NCBI RefSeq assembly: GCF_009914755.1
Contig: NC_060939.1
From: the human T2T-CHM13v2.0 reference genome, Homo sapiens
Length of the DNA stretch: 64,000 bases
Direction: 5' to 3' (one strand)
Shown here: piece after piece, positions 59,456-64,000 of the stretch
Layout of the letters: each line of letters starts with the position of its first letter
Numbering within the stretch: position 1 is the stretch's first letter
The notes under the pieces: generated by a model
What the model was told of the DNA's origin: nothing
Database searches by the model: none
What the model saw: only the letters and a program-made list of their open reading frames with translations
Made by a program: the position numbers and the translations under genes

Positions 59456-59816
59456 TGTATTACTCCGTTTTCATGCTGCTGATAAAGACATACTTGAGAC
59501 TGGGTAATTTACAAAGAAAAAGAGGTTTAGTGGACTCACAGTTCCATGTAGCTGGAGAGGCCTCACAATCATGGTGGAAGGCGAAAGGCACGTCTTACGT
59601 GGCAGCAGACAAGAGACAGTGAGGACCAGGTGAAAGGGGTTTCCCCTTATAAAACCATCAGATCTTGTGAGACTTATTCACTACCATGAGAACAGTATTG
59701 GGGAAACCACCACCATGATTCAGTTTTCTGCCACCAGGTCCCTCCAACAATATGTGGGAGTTATGGGTGCTACAATTCATGATGAGATTTGTTAGGGACA
59801 CAGCCAAACCATATCA
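59456..59816 (-). mobile_element. THE1 (B/C-like) MaLR solo LTR, complete
   Basis: tgtattactccgttttcatgctgctgataaagacata...acagccaaaccatatca; 5-bp TSD gtgt(t/c). Confidence 0.96.
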
Positions 59817-60934
59817 GTGTCTAAAATCAAGTTTTGAACTAAGAGCTACGGAATGTATGCCATTTCTCTCTGGGGATCTGAAGTCTTCATTGTTGTACAG
59901 TTGTATGCCTCCCAAAGTTGTGTTTATTAATTGTCACTTCTGATGGAAAATGGCACATTTCCATCTCCATGCTTCTTAGAAGAGCCTGCAATTTACCCCT
60001 GAAGTTTGTTGAAGGCACAGAGCTGAGTAATGTCTACATGTGTGTAAGTGTACATATATGCACAGGCATACAGCCTTTCTCTAAGGGGTTAGAAAAGATA
60101 ACCTTGATAGCTTTCATGTTGAATGTGTGAGGAATACAGAATTGTGAATAGGTTTTGTTATATCTACCCCTCTGTTGGCAACGGGACACTAAGTCAACCT
60201 TTTCTTATTTCTTCTAAACGGGAAACATAACTACAGCATAGAGACCAAGGAGGTGGTTGGAAAGATAACCGTATATGTTGCTAAGCGGAAAAAGTAGCAT
60301 CATATTGCAGATTTAGGAGGTCCAGTATTACTTACTTAATAGTTGTTTATTTTTTTAAAGTGTATATCTGTTTTAGAAGTTCTATCTCTTAAGGGAGATA
60401 GAGCGATTTAAAAAATAATCTCTGAGGGCTATCTGTTCTTACTCAGATATTTTTTAAGGACCTTTTAATTTTTATGTACTTGTTAAATTTTTGAAAGGAG
60501 TGTGTGTTTAACTCCTTACATACTTAGTCCTTGCCAGGGTGAATGGTTAAATTAGACGTGCAAAAAGCTCCACATCATTGCCTGCTGTTGGCTTGGGTGG
60601 AAGTAAGGAGAGTATACTACTTTAAGTTTTCACTTTCTTTTTGTCTTCTTACAGTGTCATTCCTTTGTCCCTCCCATAGATTGACAGGGGAGTGTGTCTG
60701 GTCCCTTGACTTCTGGGCCAAACATGCTTAAACTGCAAATCTGAAGCTTGAAGGGAAAGAGGATCATAAGAATAGTTTTGTGGTGAATTGTAGATCACAT
60801 CCCACCCTTCTCTTTCTCCTTTATGGCTGAATTTTTGACATCTGTGCAGTGCTGTTGAGAGCAAAGAATGGCTGGGGCTGGGTGCCGTGAGGGTGGGGGG
60901 TACAGGGGAAAGCCCTGGAATAGGGTTAGGGTGT

Positions 60935-61754
60935 TGTTAACCAAAAAACCTAACTCTGTAAAATATTTAAAGAGGTTTATTCTGAACTGATATGAGTGAC
61001 CATGGCCTGGGAAACAGTCTCAAGAGGTCCTGAGAAAGTGTGCCTGAGGCAGTGGAGTTTAGGGAGACAGTTGGGGGGCAAGTTACAGGTCATAAGTGGA
61101 TTCAAAGATTTTCTAATTGGCAGTTGGTTGAAAGAGTTAAGCTTTGTCTAAAGACTTAAGTAGAAAGAAATGCTTGAGTTAAGATGAGGGGGGTTGTGAG
61201 GGTCAAGGTTCTTGTTTTGTTATGCAGGTGAAGCCTCCAGTTAAGCAGCCTTCAGAGAGAGATGGTAAAGATCTCTTTTCTGATCTTAAAAGGTGTCAGA
61301 CTCAGTTAATCTCTCCTAGATCCTAGAAAGGCCTGGCTGCATTAATGGAGATTCCCCCATGCAAACGGACATTTTCCGCATGCAAATTTCTCCCATGAAA
61401 GATGGTTTTGCAGGGCCATTTCAATATATGTCAAGGAAATATATTTTGGGGTAAAATATTTCCATTTCCTCAGTGTCTGCTCTCTGCCGTGTGACGCTAT
61501 ACCACAGTCAGGTTGGAATTTGGTATCTTATTGCCGCAAAGAGTCTGTTTTGTCAGTCTTTGATCTCTATTTTAGTGTTAATACTGGTCGTTTTGCCTAA
61601 ACTCCAAAAGGGAGCTGGTATAAAGAGGCGTGTCCAACTTCCCTTCCCATCATGGCCAGAAATTCAGTTTTTTCAGACTTCTCTGGCGTCCTCTTGGCCA
61701 GCAGGAAGACTGTTCAGTTGGTGGAGGGGCTTAGGGCTTTGTCTTTGGTTCACA
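60935..61754 (-). mobile_element. MER4D/E-like ERV1 solo LTR, complete ends
   Basis: TG...CA termini; gagaaagtgtgcctgagg, gcagggccatttcaa, ggaatttggtatcttattg; perfect 4-bp TSD gtgt at 60931-60934 and 61755-61758. Confidence 0.9.
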
Positions 61755-62540
61755 GTGTGGATGCACGACTCAAGGGGTTGACGCTTAGCTCTTTGACATG
61801 TGGTGAGACCCTCAAGGATCGAAGAAAGCAGGATGTGTCCACAGCTTGAAATAATCCCTCTTCTATTTTAGAGGGAAGATACCAAGAAATAAAAAAAGAG
61901 AATCTGTGTCAGTAAATCCTTTAAAAAACACTGGGGGTGGTTTGACAAACTGTACAGTTCGTTGGTTTCTACACTTCATCCAGGATTGGTTTCTGAATAA
62001 AGTTTTGGCTGTGGTGGTCCATTCTCGTGGATGAAATACGGGTCAGCTTGCTGAAGCATTGGCACAACTGGCATATGGATAGGTCTGTGCTGAATCCTGG
62101 CTGCTAGAACAAGTACGCTGTGAGCTTTTTGCAGTTACCTGTTTCTGATGAATTTGTAGCTGAAAATCTTGTCACAGAAGTTGCTTTTCAATAGAGGTGG
62201 GTATTTCCTTGTTGTTGTTTTTTTAAAAAGCAAATTTCTGACTTGTTAACCCCCGAGGCTTTCTAAGAATGTTCTTCTGTTTGGCAGGTTTTCTTGCTGG
62301 TTTATTCTGCCTTTTCTTGTTGTATTTTTTTCTGCCCTGCAGCTGACATTTTGAGGACAGGACGACTCCCAGGCGTCAATTTCAGAGTTCAAAAACCAGA
62401 GAAGAAAATTGCATCTTCTCTCTCTCATGTGCAGTTAACTTTGACTTTGACAAAGATTCACTCACCCACTGGGATGTGAGAGAATGTTACAGAGGATTTG
62501 GAAGCTGCTAATGAAATGAGTGGTCTGCCCTGAATGTGGC

Positions 62541-62542
<2 letters not shown>

Positions 62543-62578
<36 letters not shown>
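62543..62578. repeat. (AC)18 microsatellite
   Basis: Direct count. Confidence 0.95.
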
Positions 62579-62581
<3 letters not shown>

Positions 62582-64000
62582 CTCACTCACACTCATTCAC
62601 TTCCCTCTTCCCACCCCCGACAATTCTATGGATCCTAGGGCTGGGATAAGTCCTCAAAGGTTATCTATAGTTTAGATACAACTCTTGCCTGCCTTAAATA
62701 TGCTTAAATATGCCAAATATTTCTCAGGACCAGAAGTTTATATAAAGTACATCATGGCACAGCTGTTCTTACAGAGCCCCGAAGCCAGCAACAAGGGGAG
62801 ATAAATTCCAGAGAGAATGAGTTAAACTGGGCAATTAAGTTGGGGAAGATAAAATGTTTAGCTGACATATGACTTAAGATTCTCAGTGAGGTATGGACAT
62901 GGTGGTGTTCTCCTGCACTTCTCTAACCATAAAGTTCTGGAATAAATACTTTGTACAAACCTGCCTTCCCTTCTGCCCCATACTGCTTTCTGATTAAGAG
63001 AAGGGGGTCAGAGGGCTTTAATTCTATGCTAGTGAATAGCTGTATGTCCTTAGACAAGTCCAGGACTATTTTATTAGCAGCTGGCAGCTTCAGAGCTGAA
63101 CACTATGCTAACTATGTTATATGTGCTTTATATAAGGATATATATAGAGAGAAGAAGTTGGCTGAATCTTGGAGGGAAAAGTTCACAAATCCATTGGCGT
63201 AAGTGGGAGAATTTATCCCAGTAATTGATATATCAAATGGGCAGAAAAATAAATAATAGAGAATAACTAGCTTGATCTAGTGGACACACATAGAACACAG
63301 CTTTCACAACTTGGAAAGTACATATTTTTAAAACGTGGTACATTTATGAAAAGTGACAGTGTACACACCTCAATAAATGTTAAAGAGGCAGTGTTGTGTG
63401 GGCCACTTAAGTCAAAACCAATTAAGTTAGAAATTAAAGACAAAAGGCAACTAAATTGCACAGTGCTGTATGAATGCGAGATATGCTTTATTCCTTTCCT
63501 GTATTGAACATACCGATCCCAGCTGGGAAGAGCTCAGTCTTGGGGAGCTAACCCAGAACAGAGCAATCTGAGCAAAGCAAATTTATCCAGGTTACTAGTA
63601 TTAGATGCTGCTCCTATGTCCTTTTGAGGGACCTGGGGTGAAAGGTGGTTTGTGGGAACCACTATCTGCTTCCCAGTTAGGCATTTTGTAAACATAAATC
63701 CCAATCCTTCCATTTTCTTAGGAGGAGAGCCCTGAAAACCACCTGGAATTCTTTGTGTGTGGGAATTCTGGGCTATTCCAGCATTCCTGTGCCCTGATAA
63801 CATAGCCTTTTCAATGCTGGGAAATAAAACTGTCTTACTGTTCATGTTTAGTTTAGTTCATAAACTAAAATCATCAGCTTTCACAAAGCTGTGAGTAGAA
63901 GCTTTGTCAATGGCAGATTTTATACTCTGAGTTTTTCTGTTAACAATTTAACAATTCTCATTTTAGAGGGTCTTGCAGGTGTGTGCTTGTGTGTGTAGGA

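Overview
Primate (very likely human/hominoid) non-coding genomic DNA. I found no protein-coding exon, RNA gene, CpG-island promoter, CRISPR array or prokaryotic feature that I can support. The window is a mosaic of about 30 Alu SINEs (J, S and Y subfamilies, many with clear target-site duplications, TSDs), a 5'-truncated L1PA interrupted by an AluY, old L1M/L2/MIR fragments, five solo LTRs (2 MLT1, 2 MER4-group, 1 THE1), hAT-derived MITEs (MER20, MER5, MER103C) and microsatellites. Almost all supplied ORFs are Alu-derived or chance ORFs; the only one with real protein homology is the dead L1 ORF2 C-terminus. Antisense bias of LTRs and old L1s, plus many orphan poly-T runs, suggests an intron of a large + strand gene that I cannot name. 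The most notable unexplained structures are a 72-bp non-repeat dispersed duplication (51607/52494), pre-miRNA-like hairpins in unique DNA (14629, 32375, 60379), a CpG-retaining patch ending in a CTCF-like motif in MER20 (4850-6156), a trimeric L-L-R AluY, two Alus with an identical 15-mer target site, closely spaced inverted Alus, and an antisense Alu followed by a perfect splice donor. I see no evidence for a novel multi-component biological system. Repeat subfamily calls were made by eye, and boundaries of old repeats are approximate.
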